Part shown: positions 19,210-28,312 of the stretch, piece by piece
Layout of the letters: every line of letters starts with the position of its first letter
How positions within the stretch are numbered: position 1 is the first letter of the stretch
DNA from: an uncultured Candidatus Saccharibacteria bacterium
GTDB taxonomy: Bacteria; Patescibacteriota; Minisyncoccia; Phycocordibacterales; UBA6899
Direction: 5' to 3'
Assembly: GCA_964469335.1 (NCBI GenBank)
Contig: CAYXYK010000003.1
Span: 68,671 to 132,670 of the forward strand
Length of the DNA stretch: 64,000 nt
The notes under the pieces: generated by a model
Database searches by the model: none
Told to the model about the DNA's origin: nothing
The model's input: only the letters and a program-made list of their open reading frames with translations
Translations under genes and position numbers: made by a program

Positions 19210-19947
19210 ATGCAAATAACAATCGCAACTTGGAACATCGCAGGAGGAAGGCCGATCCGTTCGGAAGGGCGTTTTGATTATGATGCTGAGGATGTTGAGT
19301 ACTTCACCAAGCAACTTAGACTGGTCAATCCAGATGTGGTGTGTTTACAAGAGACACATATAAATAGTGAGCGGTCAGTCGCAAAAGAAATAGCGCAATC
19401 TCTCGGATTACGTATTCACGAAACAGCAATGAGTCCTTCTCATATCGATAGTCGCTATTCACTTGGAAACGCATTGTTGCACAAAGTGTCTGAGACAAAA
19501 GAGCAAGACTACATCTTCCCATATCCGTCATTTTCGCTTGTGCTCCCAGATGGAAAACCGGCGGCACATCACGATAAAGGATTTCAGATAGACGACATCA
19601 GCACACTCTCCGTAGTCAATCTTCAGATGATGCCATTAAAATTCCTCGGTACGCCATACGACTCACATAATGGTGAAGTGTTCGCAAAAGAAATGGAAGA
19701 CATTCTCCTGAAGTACGTGAGGGACTCAGCTGTTATTTGTGGTGATTTCAACTTCGCGAATCCTAAACAGCTCTACTCGCGGTTGCTTTCAAATCGTAAT
19801 GATGTGCTTCCAGATGTTCCGACTCGTCCGGAGGGAAAGAAGACAGACTTCATTTTTGTTCCCGAAGGAATTGTTTGTATTGATTCTGGGGTCATCAAAA
19901 CAAACACCGACCATTTTCTCTGTTGGGTGACGCTAGAAATTGCTTAA
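19210..19947 (+). CDS. Endonuclease/exonuclease/phosphatase (EEP) family protein
   Basis: N-terminal TWNIAGG and C-terminal DH motifs of the EEP fold. Confidence 0.72.
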   Translation: MQITIATWNIAGGRPIRSEGRFDYDAEDVEYFTKQLRLVNPDVVCLQETHINSERSVAKEIAQSLGLRIHETAMSPSHIDSRYSLGNALLHKVSETKEQDYIFPYPSFSLVLPDGKPAAHHDKGFQIDDISTLSVVNLQMMPLKFLGTPYDSHNGEVFAKEMEDILLKYVRDSAVICGDFNFANPKQLYSRLLSNRNDVLPDVPTRPEGKKTDFIFVPEGIVCIDSGVIKTNTDHFLCWVTLEIA

Positions 19948-19995
19948 ACCCGCAAGCTTCACCTTTTTGGGTTGTGTGCTAGAATCGCTTAATAT

Positions 19996-21402
19996 ATGGC
20001 GTATAAAACCACTATCGGACTCGAGATACACGCGGAGCTGAAAACAGCGACCAAGATGTTCTGTCGCTGCAAAAATGACCCTGATGAAGACAAGCCAAAC
20101 CATAATATCTGCCCTGTCTGCACCGCGCAGCCCGGCTCTCTTCCGGTCATCAATCAGAAAGCCGTCGAGCATGTCCTTCGAGTGGGGAAAGCGGTCGGCT
20201 CGAATCTCGCTGACTTCACCGAGTGGGACCGCAAGAACTATTTCTATCCGGATATTCCGAAGGGTTATCAGATCAGTCAGTATAAATACCCACTGGTTCA
20301 GGGCGGATCGATCGCAGGAGTTGAGCTGACCCGTATCCACCTCGAAGAAGACACCGGCAGTTCGCGCCATGATGCAGGAGACTATTCGCTGGTCGATTAC
20401 AATCGCGCCGGAGTTCCACTCATGGAGCTTGTCACCGAACCTGTCATTCATGATGCGGAGACCGCGATGAAGTTCGCAAAGGAACTGCAGCTTCTCCTCC
20501 GCTACCTTGGTGCATCCGATGCGAACATGGAGAAAGGAGAGATGCGCGTCGAAGCGAACATCTCGATCTCGGAGACCGACACTTTCGGCACCAAGGTCGA
20601 AGTGAAGAATCTCAATTCATTCAAGTCGGTCGGCGATGCGATCGCATTCGAGATCAAACGACATGAGGAAGTCCTTTCACGCGGCGAGAAGGTGATACAG
20701 GAGACACGTGGTTGGGATGAGAATACCGGTAAGACCTTCAGTCAGCGCAAGAAGGAAAGTGCGAACGACTACCGCTATTTCCCAGATCCAGATCTCCCGA
20801 AGATGGTGACGACTGAAGTATTCGGTAAGAACTACGAGAAGCTTCCGGCACTCCCCGAACTCCCATGGGAGAAACGTGAACGATTGCAGAAAGAGTACGG
20901 ATTCGTGGAGCACGTGACTGAGATCTACGTGAGCGATTTCCTGCTCGGGAAATTCTTCGATGATGTTGTCGCCTTGCTTGGAAAGGACAAGGAGCTCATC
21001 ACACTCGCATCGAACTATATCTCCTCGGATGTCGCATCGCTCATGAAGCAAAGTGGTCATCTTGGAAAACTTACTGCAGAGCATTTTGTGGCATTAATCA
21101 GAATGACCAAAGCAGGTGATCTTTCCTCTCGAGGTGCGAAAGACACGCTCCTCCTCATCTACAAAGAAGGAGGTGAGCCGAAAGCCGTCGCAGAGAAAGC
21201 GGGGCTCATCCAGAAGAGTGATACTGGTGCTCTCAAAAAGATCGCCGAAGAAGTTATCGCAGCAAATGAAAAGGTGGTCGCAGAATACAAGGCAGGGAAG
21301 GAAGCCTCACTGATGTTCCTCGTCGGACAAGGGATGAAGCTCTCCAAGGGTTCAGCAAACCCGGGAGTGCTCACTGCGCTCTTCAAGGAATTACTCGGAT
21401 AG
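19996..21402 (+). CDS. gatB: Asp-tRNA(Asn)/Glu-tRNA(Gln) amidotransferase subunit B
   Basis: TIGLEIHAELKT, CRCKNDPDED...CPVC zinc motif, and GatB/YqeY C-terminal domain. Confidence 0.93.
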   Translation: MAYKTTIGLEIHAELKTATKMFCRCKNDPDEDKPNHNICPVCTAQPGSLPVINQKAVEHVLRVGKAVGSNLADFTEWDRKNYFYPDIPKGYQISQYKYPLVQGGSIAGVELTRIHLEEDTGSSRHDAGDYSLVDYNRAGVPLMELVTEPVIHDAETAMKFAKELQLLLRYLGASDANMEKGEMRVEANISISETDTFGTKVEVKNLNSFKSVGDAIAFEIKRHEEVLSRGEKVIQETRGWDENTGKTFSQRKKESANDYRYFPDPDLPKMVTTEVFGKNYEKLPALPELPWEKRERLQKEYGFVEHVTEIYVSDFLLGKFFDDVVALLGKDKELITLASNYISSDVASLMKQSGHLGKLTAEHFVALIRMTKAGDLSSRGAKDTLLLIYKEGGEPKAVAEKAGLIQKSDTGALKKIAEEVIAANEKVVAEYKAGKEASLMFLVGQGMKLSKGSANPGVLTALFKELLG

Positions 21403-21405
21403 CGT

Positions 21406-21966
21406 ATGCGCACCCTCGTCATCGACAATGAGACTCGACTCCTTTCCGAGCTCGAGGCCTTGCTGCCTGGACATGAAACCGTACGTCGCTGGAATGAGGA
21501 ATATGATGATCATGATGAATTTGATCTCGTCATTCTTTCTGGGGGCAGTACGTTCGGTGTGCTTGAGCAAAAATCACGACTATCGCATGAGTATGATCTC
21601 GTATTGAAACGAGAGAAACCGATTATCGGTATTTGTTTGGGGGCAGAGCTCATCGTAGACGCGTATGGTGGTACGATCACACAACTTACTGAAATAGAAC
21701 GAGGACAGTGTCAGATATATGTCCGTGAAGCGAGCCCGATATTCGGAGGTCTTGAGCAATTCACCGTGAACGAGAGACATCACTGGAAGACAGAGAAGCT
21801 CCCGACGAATTTCGAGATTCTCGCTGAGTCAGGTCATGGGGTTGAGGTATTCAAACACCGAACGAAGCCCATATTCGGTTTTCAGTTCCATCCTGAGTCC
21901 CAACTGAATCCGTCTGATGGAGGCACTATCCTTCTTGCACTCACACGACAATTCGGCCTTATATAG
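21406..21966 (+). CDS. Class I glutamine amidotransferase-like protein
   Basis: GICLGAEL nucleophile-Cys elbow and FGFQFHPE (His/Glu) motifs. Confidence 0.65.
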   Translation: MRTLVIDNETRLLSELEALLPGHETVRRWNEEYDDHDEFDLVILSGGSTFGVLEQKSRLSHEYDLVLKREKPIIGICLGAELIVDAYGGTITQLTEIERGQCQIYVREASPIFGGLEQFTVNERHHWKTEKLPTNFEILAESGHGVEVFKHRTKPIFGFQFHPESQLNPSDGGTILLALTRQFGLI

Positions 21967-21986
21967 ATTGCGATTTCGGCCTTTTA

Positions 21987-23558
21987 TTGTATGCTAATCA
22001 CATGGATACGGGTGTAAAAACACTTGCGCAGCTTTCTGAAGAAGGGAAGGAGACTAAATATGTCACACTCGAGACTGGAGCGAAGATTTCTGGCTATACC
22101 AAAGACTATCTTGAGCGTCTCTGTTTGCTGAATAAAGTCGAATACCGTCTCTGGTCAAACGGGAATTTTGTCATAGAGCTCGATTCTCTCCTCCGCGAGA
22201 CTCAGGCTATACTCCTTTCTTATGAAGGGATCACTTTTGTCGACAAAAATGAGCTTACCGACCCAGTCCCTCAGGTGGTAGGAAACATCCTCTCCTCGGT
22301 GTTAGGAGGAGCCTCGCTCGGAGCTGCTGTTCCACCACTGACTTCCTATGAGGACTCTCCCGCTTTTAAAAGCGGAATCGCACAGGCCGTGCCGACGTTT
22401 GGGAAAACGATATCTGAACATTCAACCCCCGTATCGTTCATTGGGCGGGCAGTCATTTCTGACGCACTGCACCCCGAAGAGAAGATCGAAAAGAAAAAAG
22501 AGTCTCTGAAAGGCTCGATTCCTGCCGTAGCAGCGGTGCCCGTTCCAGCTGCGACCGAACCATCGAAAAAAGAGGATGCACCAATCCATGTCCCGATCGC
22601 AAAATTCAACATGAATGCTATTCATCCGGAAGCACCGAGTTCAGCATCCGAGAGATCAGTGGCGGAGAAGGTGCATGAACGTGAGCATATTCCCGTGATT
22701 GCGGTGAATACTCACGATGATTGGGATGCACAACTTCTCGGATCACATTTACCCAAAAAAGAAGAGGCGCAACATATCCCGGTGACGAAAAGCGAAGACA
22801 TCGCTCCAAACATCCACTCGACCGAACATATCCCGATGCACCTCTCGATCGAAAAGGCACCAAGTACTCAGGCGGGTGATTTCGCTCCGCCGCAAGGCCA
22901 GAAAGTGATCGTCTTTTCAGATAGCGGAGTGACAGAACACGTTGCACCAGTAGCGGCGGAAAATCAGAACGTGCCTCCTCTCTCACCGTCGAACACCGCG
23001 GCACCCGTCAGTTTGATCGCCACTGCCCCGCATGTTTCGCTCCCTCTGCCCTCTGCGCTCCCGCTGCTTACAGCCACTCCTGAGCTGAATCTTCCTCCAG
23101 TCAAGACCGAGATTCCTGTCCGTGCAGCATCGGTGCTCCCAATGGCGACAGAAGAGCACCATCTTACTCCATATGAGACACATCCGCTGATGAAAAGCGC
23201 AGGGTTCAACATGGTTTTCGCCGCATTACTCATCGCTTCTTCTTTCGTCATGCTCGGTGGGAGAGTGCTTGAGAACATCGGGGGGAAACTCAACACAGCT
23301 GAATATGTCGCGGGTGTCGGTGCAGCAGGTGGGAACTTGCCAGAATCACAAGCTGGTGTGCCTAACGATGATCGTGCAGCCCTCCAAAACGGTGAACGAG
23401 CCATGCTTCCGTTCTCCAATGAAGTGACTGCAACCTCCGGCGAACGAGAGAACTCCATCATCATCCGCCCTGTTTTTGAAAATGGTCCCGGAAAGTCCTA
23501 TGAATACATCCTTGTTCCAGAAAGTGAGGTTGTCGGGACTACAACACCAGTTGAGTAG
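21987..23558 (+). CDS. Hypothetical bitopic membrane protein, low-complexity Pro/Ala/Ser/Glu-rich
   Basis: Repeated EHIPV-type motifs; a single TM helix (MVFAALLIASSFVMLGGRVL) near the C-terminus. Confidence 0.4.
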   Translation: MYANHMDTGVKTLAQLSEEGKETKYVTLETGAKISGYTKDYLERLCLLNKVEYRLWSNGNFVIELDSLLRETQAILLSYEGITFVDKNELTDPVPQVVGNILSSVLGGASLGAAVPPLTSYEDSPAFKSGIAQAVPTFGKTISEHSTPVSFIGRAVISDALHPEEKIEKKKESLKGSIPAVAAVPVPAATEPSKKEDAPIHVPIAKFNMNAIHPEAPSSASERSVAEKVHEREHIPVIAVNTHDDWDAQLLGSHLPKKEEAQHIPVTKSEDIAPNIHSTEHIPMHLSIEKAPSTQAGDFAPPQGQKVIVFSDSGVTEHVAPVAAENQNVPPLSPSNTAAPVSLIATAPHVSLPLPSALPLLTATPELNLPPVKTEIPVRAASVLPMATEEHHLTPYETHPLMKSAGFNMVFAALLIASSFVMLGGRVLENIGGKLNTAEYVAGVGAAGGNLPESQAGVPNDDRAALQNGERAMLPFSNEVTATSGERENSIIIRPVFENGPGKSYEYILVPESEVVGTTTPVE

Positions 23559-23654
23559 CGAGACCAGGGTCATAACAAATGCCCTGGAGGTAAGATAGGC
23601 CTGTCACAGTAAAAGGGGATAGCCGTAGTGCTGTTTTCCCAATATAATATAAGT

Positions 23655-24599
23655 ATGAGATATCATTTTGGCGCTTTCTTGGCAGCTTTGTTGTTTGTGT
23701 CTACTCCTTTTGCTCAGGCAGCAGTCATGCCGAGTGGTGCGTTCATTGTCTCTCCCGTCAAGCAAGAGCTCACGTTGAAGCCTGGGGAAGAAAAGGTGCT
23801 GAGTGTCACGCTCTCGAACGGCACTCCTTATCCGCTCTCGATCAGCGGTTCGTATGAGGATATCGCCGCAGCAGAGCAGACTGCTCCCGGTGACAATCCA
23901 GTGAAACTTCTTGGTGCGGGCGTATCAAAGGATTCACTTCGTGAGTCGATCAGTTTTCCAAAGACCTCATTCGATCTCCTCTCCGGGAAAGAGATATCCA
24001 TTCCGATCAGTATCAAACTCTCTTCATCGGTGACCCCCGGCGGGAGATATGGATCGGTGATATGGAGTTTCAAGGTGGCCAACAAGGCTGGTGAAGCCCA
24101 ACCCGCAAACGTTGCTCTTGAAAGCAGGATTGCATCGCTGTTCTTCGTGCGAGTCGAAGGAGAAACAAAAGAAGAAGGGCAGCTGGTGTCATTCGGAGTT
24201 TTCAACGACGAAAAGACGGTCTCCCAGCCCGCAAGCACTACACCACTCCGTTTCCAGTTGTCATTTGAGAACAAAGGGAACGCTCATCTTAACCCCTATG
24301 GACGTATCACCATTTCCGGAATGCTTACTGAACCGAAGGTACTAATCGTCGATCCATGGGCAGTGCTCCCTGGTGCGACTCGGATGCGTGAGGTCGATCT
24401 GCTTTCCTCGCTTCCTCCTGGCTACTACCGTGCGCACCTTGAACTGAATCGCGGCTACAAAGATATCGTTGATGAGCAAGAAGTAGTGTTCTGGGTGTTG
24501 CCGACTGCTCTTGAGTGGGTCATTGGGCTCACCATCTTGATACTCCTCGCGCTGCTTATCCGTCGTTCCTTGGCTCTGTCGAGGCATTCAATCTCTTGA
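23655..24599 (+). CDS. Secreted protein with C-terminal TM anchor (hypothetical surface protein)
   Basis: Signal peptide MRYHFGAFLAALLFVSTPFAQA; C-terminal helix EWVIGLTILILLALLIRR; TATAAT 7 nt upstream of the ATG (alternative GTG start at 23628). Confidence 0.45.
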   Translation: MRYHFGAFLAALLFVSTPFAQAAVMPSGAFIVSPVKQELTLKPGEEKVLSVTLSNGTPYPLSISGSYEDIAAAEQTAPGDNPVKLLGAGVSKDSLRESISFPKTSFDLLSGKEISIPISIKLSSSVTPGGRYGSVIWSFKVANKAGEAQPANVALESRIASLFFVRVEGETKEEGQLVSFGVFNDEKTVSQPASTTPLRFQLSFENKGNAHLNPYGRITISGMLTEPKVLIVDPWAVLPGATRMREVDLLSSLPPGYYRAHLELNRGYKDIVDEQEVVFWVLPTALEWVIGLTILILLALLIRRSLALSRHSIS

Positions 24600-24601
24600 A
24601 C

Positions 24602-25357
24602 ATGCGAACTTTTTTACCATATCTACTGACAACATTCGTGATATCGATGCTTTTCGGTACTCCATTCGCATTCGCATATGTCGCATCGAGTTCGAATTAT
24701 CGGATACAGACCGACAGTGTGAACATCGGCGGACTGTTCTCTAGTTCAACATCGTATCGCACGGAAGACACCCTCGGTGAGTCTGGTGTCGGCACATCAT
24801 CCTCTGTGACCTACTCGATAAAGGCGGGTTACCAGCAGATGCAAGGTGTGTATCTTGCGGTCGCTCCGTCCGGGGACATCACTCTCGCGCCGAACATCCC
24901 GGCAACTGGAGGAGGAGCGGCTGATGCACTTGCGACATTCATCGTGACGACCGATAACACTGCCGGATATACCATGAGCATAGTCTCAGCCCAGACACCG
25001 GCGCTCAATTCTGGTGCGAACAATTTCCCCGATTATGTTCTTGGTGGTGCGAATCCTGATTTCTCATTCACGACCCCAGCCGCGTCGTCTCGCTTCGGTT
25101 TCTCACCAGAAGGTGTCGATATTTTGCAACGCTTCAAGGATAACGGTGCAGCATGCAATATTGGCGCGCTCGACACCGCGAGCGCATGTTGGGATCCACT
25201 CTCTACTACACCTGCCTCGATAGCTGGTCGCAGTAGTGCGAACAATCCGTCGGGAACACAAACCGATATTCGCTTCCACGCAGCGTCCGGTGCGTCGAAC
25301 GTTCAGCCAGCAGGTGCGTATGTCGCAACTGCCACCGTCACCGTGCTTCCTTTGTAA
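24602..25357 (+). CDS. Secreted Ser/Thr/Gly-rich protein (hypothetical)
   Basis: Signal peptide MRTFLPYLLTTFVISMLFGTPFAFA; two Cys; no TM after the signal peptide; start codon lies 2 nt after the upstream stop. Confidence 0.45.
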   Translation: MRTFLPYLLTTFVISMLFGTPFAFAYVASSSNYRIQTDSVNIGGLFSSSTSYRTEDTLGESGVGTSSSVTYSIKAGYQQMQGVYLAVAPSGDITLAPNIPATGGGAADALATFIVTTDNTAGYTMSIVSAQTPALNSGANNFPDYVLGGANPDFSFTTPAASSRFGFSPEGVDILQRFKDNGAACNIGALDTASACWDPLSTTPASIAGRSSANNPSGTQTDIRFHAASGASNVQPAGAYVATATVTVLPL

Positions 25358-25360
25358 ACC

Positions 25361-28309
25361 ATGAAAACGAATCGTATCTGGAAACCTGTCACACTCGCGC
25401 TCATGCTGATCGCTGGGCTTTTCTTTGGCGCCTATAGTGCGCTCGCCGCATCGAGTCAGTTCACTATCGGGCTCTCTGTCATCTCTGACTCGATCCCTCC
25501 TTCGACCCCGATAGGGTTGACCGCCAATGCGGTGTCATCGGCACAGATCGATCTCTCGTGGACAGCATCGACTGACAATGTCGCCGTCGGGGGGTACGTC
25601 ATCCGTCGTGGTTTCATCGCGATCGCTACTACCTCTGGGATTACCTATTCGGACACAGGGCTCTCCGCGAGTACAGCTTATGACTATACAGTGCAGGCGT
25701 TCGACACGACATTTAATTACTCCGCACTTTCGAGCACGTCGACAGCGACAACCTCTGCACCTTCAGGTGGGGGAGGAGGCGGCGGGCCGGTCGCACCTAC
25801 CGTGACGGCATTTTCTCCGGTGAACGGAGCGGTCAATGTCTCTCCGACGACGACACTGTCGATCACGATGAGTCAGCTCGTCAATAAAGTTTCCGGGAAT
25901 ATTCTCGTGCGGCGCTACAGTGATAGTGTCGTCGTTGACACCATTGACGTGTCACAGGGGCAAGTGACCATGAACGGTACGATCGTAAACATCGCACTTA
26001 CCGGGGGACTTGCACAGAACACCCAGTATTATGTCGAGGTACCTGCGGGTTCATTCAGTACGCAATCCGGCGGTAACTTTGCGGGCTTCAGCGGGAATTC
26101 AACGTGGAGTTTCACGGTCGTAGATCAGGCCCCTCCGGTCATCTCAGGTGTCACTGCCTCATCAACCTATACAAGCAGTACGATCACGTTCTCCACTGAT
26201 AAAGCTGCAGTAGCGACCATAGACTACGGTACTTCGACACTATATGGACTCGGATCGGCAAGTGAGGTCGTATATGGCACCAACCATGTCCTCACCCTCA
26301 CTCCGCTCGCAAGCGGTACGCTTTATTATTTCCGTATCACCACTCACGACGCCGGAAACAATTACAGCGTTCCCTATACCGGTAATTTTTCCACACTGAC
26401 ACCCCCTCCACCTCCGGACACGACTCCTCCCGCGAATCCATCGAATTTCACTGGCAATCCAGGGCTGAATAACATTGCACTCACTTGGACCAATCCGAGC
26501 GATGTTGACTTCGCGGCAGTGCGTATCATGAGAAGGACATCAGGGTACCCGACTGATCCGTCCGATGGAATACTTGTCTATGACGGAGCACTTGAAGCAT
26601 TCGATAACACAGGGCTCGCGACGGGAACAAGATATTATTACACCGCATTCGCACGTGATAACGAGTTCCACTATTCTCCCGGTGCACTTTCCCCTGCGAT
26701 GACCGCTACGGGGATCATCCCACCCCCACCCCCGCCACCACCCCCACCACCACCTCCTCCACCACCACCTTCAGGGACGCCACCACCTCCTCCACCAGGA
26801 GGCACCGGAAATGGTGGTACTTCAACATCAACACCACCTCCACCTCCACCGACTCCGATAGTGATATTCCCTCCAATCACCTCCACGTCGTCGGGACCGT
26901 TCGTTGATCTCATCGGCACCGGGACTCCGAGTGCGGTCATCTCGAAACTGTCACTTTCGGATGCTCGCTTCATTCAACTTGGTGAGACGGAAACTCCGCT
27001 TTCGATTAAGAACGGAGTAGTGAGATCGAACGGCGATTTTCCGGTAAAAGTCGCCATCGACGTGTACAAGATCCCACAGTCTCTCACGACGATCGCGATA
27101 AGCATCGAGGATCCAAAAGGGAAAGGTGCCTCAGTCTCCTATCTTCTTCGTCTCAATCAAGACAAGACGGCTTTTGAGGGTGTTGTGCCGATGTTCGATG
27201 CACCGGGAAAGTACAGTTTCACGATCAGTATCCTCGACCATGAACGTCAGGCAATATCACGTTTTGCCGGAATCTTCGATGTGTTCATCCTTCCGAAAGT
27301 TCCGAGCATAGTTCCTGCTGAAGTAGCGAAAGTCGTCACGCAGGCGATGACTGCGATCGAAGAGCCAGTCTCGAATGTCGCGCCAATCGCCGCTCCGGTC
27401 GGAGTTGCCGCAGGTGCATCACAGGCAGTGTTGCTTGCGACCAATGTCGGATCAGGTTATGACCTCTATCTCTTGCTGCTGAAGTTCATCGGTCTTTTGA
27501 CTGGGCTCTTCCGTCGAAAACGCAACGAGCCGTGGGGTGTCGTCTATGACTCGGTGACGAAGCGTCCTCTCGATCCGGCATATGTCATTGCACAACTTCG
27601 TGAAAGCGCACAGTCGAAGGGGGAGGCGATCACCGATCTCGACGGACGTTTCGGATTCTTCCTTAACCCAGGTGAGTATACAATCGTTGCAAACAAGACC
27701 CACTACAAGTTCCCGTCAGATAAGCTCAAAGGACGTTCTCATGATGAGCTGTACGACAATCTCTATTTTGGAGATCCGTTCCAAGTTCGTGAGGGAGGAG
27801 TGGTGCAATACAATATTCCGCTTGACCCGGTCGAATTCGACTGGAACGAATATGCAAAGAATCAGGACAAAGTCTTCCAGATCTATTCGAAAAAGAAGAA
27901 TATCCGCTTATGGGTCTTCAACACGATCTTCTTCTTCGGTCTCATCTTCTCGTTGCTTTCCCTCATCCTGTCATATTCGCTGCTCAATCTTGTCGTGGTG
28001 CTCATTTATGGCCTCATTTTCACGTTCCAGGTATTCTGGAGAGTCGCACACCGGCCTACATATATCGTAAACAAGGCAACAGGAAAACGTTTGCCGTTCG
28101 CCATCATCAAGGTCTGGCTGCCTGGACTTAATACTGTCGTGAAGAAGACGGTCTCCGATGAGAGCGGAAGATATTATTTCCTTGTTCCTCCCGGGAAATA
28201 TTACCTTACCGTTGAAGAGAAACTTCCCGACGCAAGTTATAAAGAGATCATGCGCACCGAAGAGATGGATCTCAAGGGAGGCGTGGTGAAGGAAGATATA
28301 TTCGTGTAG
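25361..28309 (+). CDS. Large cell-surface protein: FN3-like repeats, 17-Pro linker, C-terminal TM segments and carboxypeptidase-regulatory-like (transthyretin-fold) domains
   Basis: Signal peptide; repeated 'IDLSWTAS/ALTWTNPS' FN3-like units; PPPPPPPPPPPPPPPPP; TM helices after aa 700; GRFGFFLNPGEYTIVANKTHYKF and ESGRYYFLVPPGKYYL motifs. Confidence 0.6.
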   Translation: MKTNRIWKPVTLALMLIAGLFFGAYSALAASSQFTIGLSVISDSIPPSTPIGLTANAVSSAQIDLSWTASTDNVAVGGYVIRRGFIAIATTSGITYSDTGLSASTAYDYTVQAFDTTFNYSALSSTSTATTSAPSGGGGGGGPVAPTVTAFSPVNGAVNVSPTTTLSITMSQLVNKVSGNILVRRYSDSVVVDTIDVSQGQVTMNGTIVNIALTGGLAQNTQYYVEVPAGSFSTQSGGNFAGFSGNSTWSFTVVDQAPPVISGVTASSTYTSSTITFSTDKAAVATIDYGTSTLYGLGSASEVVYGTNHVLTLTPLASGTLYYFRITTHDAGNNYSVPYTGNFSTLTPPPPPDTTPPANPSNFTGNPGLNNIALTWTNPSDVDFAAVRIMRRTSGYPTDPSDGILVYDGALEAFDNTGLATGTRYYYTAFARDNEFHYSPGALSPAMTATGIIPPPPPPPPPPPPPPPPPSGTPPPPPPGGTGNGGTSTSTPPPPPPTPIVIFPPITSTSSGPFVDLIGTGTPSAVISKLSLSDARFIQLGETETPLSIKNGVVRSNGDFPVKVAIDVYKIPQSLTTIAISIEDPKGKGASVSYLLRLNQDKTAFEGVVPMFDAPGKYSFTISILDHERQAISRFAGIFDVFILPKVPSIVPAEVAKVVTQAMTAIEEPVSNVAPIAAPVGVAAGASQAVLLATNVGSGYDLYLLLLKFIGLLTGLFRRKRNEPWGVVYDSVTKRPLDPAYVIAQLRESAQSKGEAITDLDGRFGFFLNPGEYTIVANKTHYKFPSDKLKGRSHDELYDNLYFGDPFQVREGGVVQYNIPLDPVEFDWNEYAKNQDKVFQIYSKKKNIRLWVFNTIFFFGLIFSLLSLILSYSLLNLVVVLIYGLIFTFQVFWRVAHRPTYIVNKATGKRLPFAIIKVWLPGLNTVVKKTVSDESGRYYFLVPPGKYYLTVEEKLPDASYKEIMRTEEMDLKGGVVKEDIFV

Positions 28310-28312
28310 TTC

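Noticed and set aside
21406-21966. Assigning the GATase gene as GatA/GatC partner of gatB
   Set aside because: The sequence is a class I glutamine amidotransferase (Cys-His-Glu triad), not an amidase-family GatA. Adjacency to gatB alone does not justify a functional link.
24602-25357. WxL-domain or TasA/SipW-type identity for the 251-aa secreted protein
   Set aside because: Only one Trp sits near the C-terminus (CWDPL), and there is no pair of WxL motifs. The N-terminus does not match the SipW-cognate signal pattern. Left as a hypothetical secreted protein.
26690-26880. Highly repetitive cca/ccc/cct DNA that could be mistaken for a tandem or CRISPR-like repeat
   Set aside because: It is the coding sequence of the poly-proline linker inside the 982-aa surface protein. 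There is no repeat-spacer periodicity.
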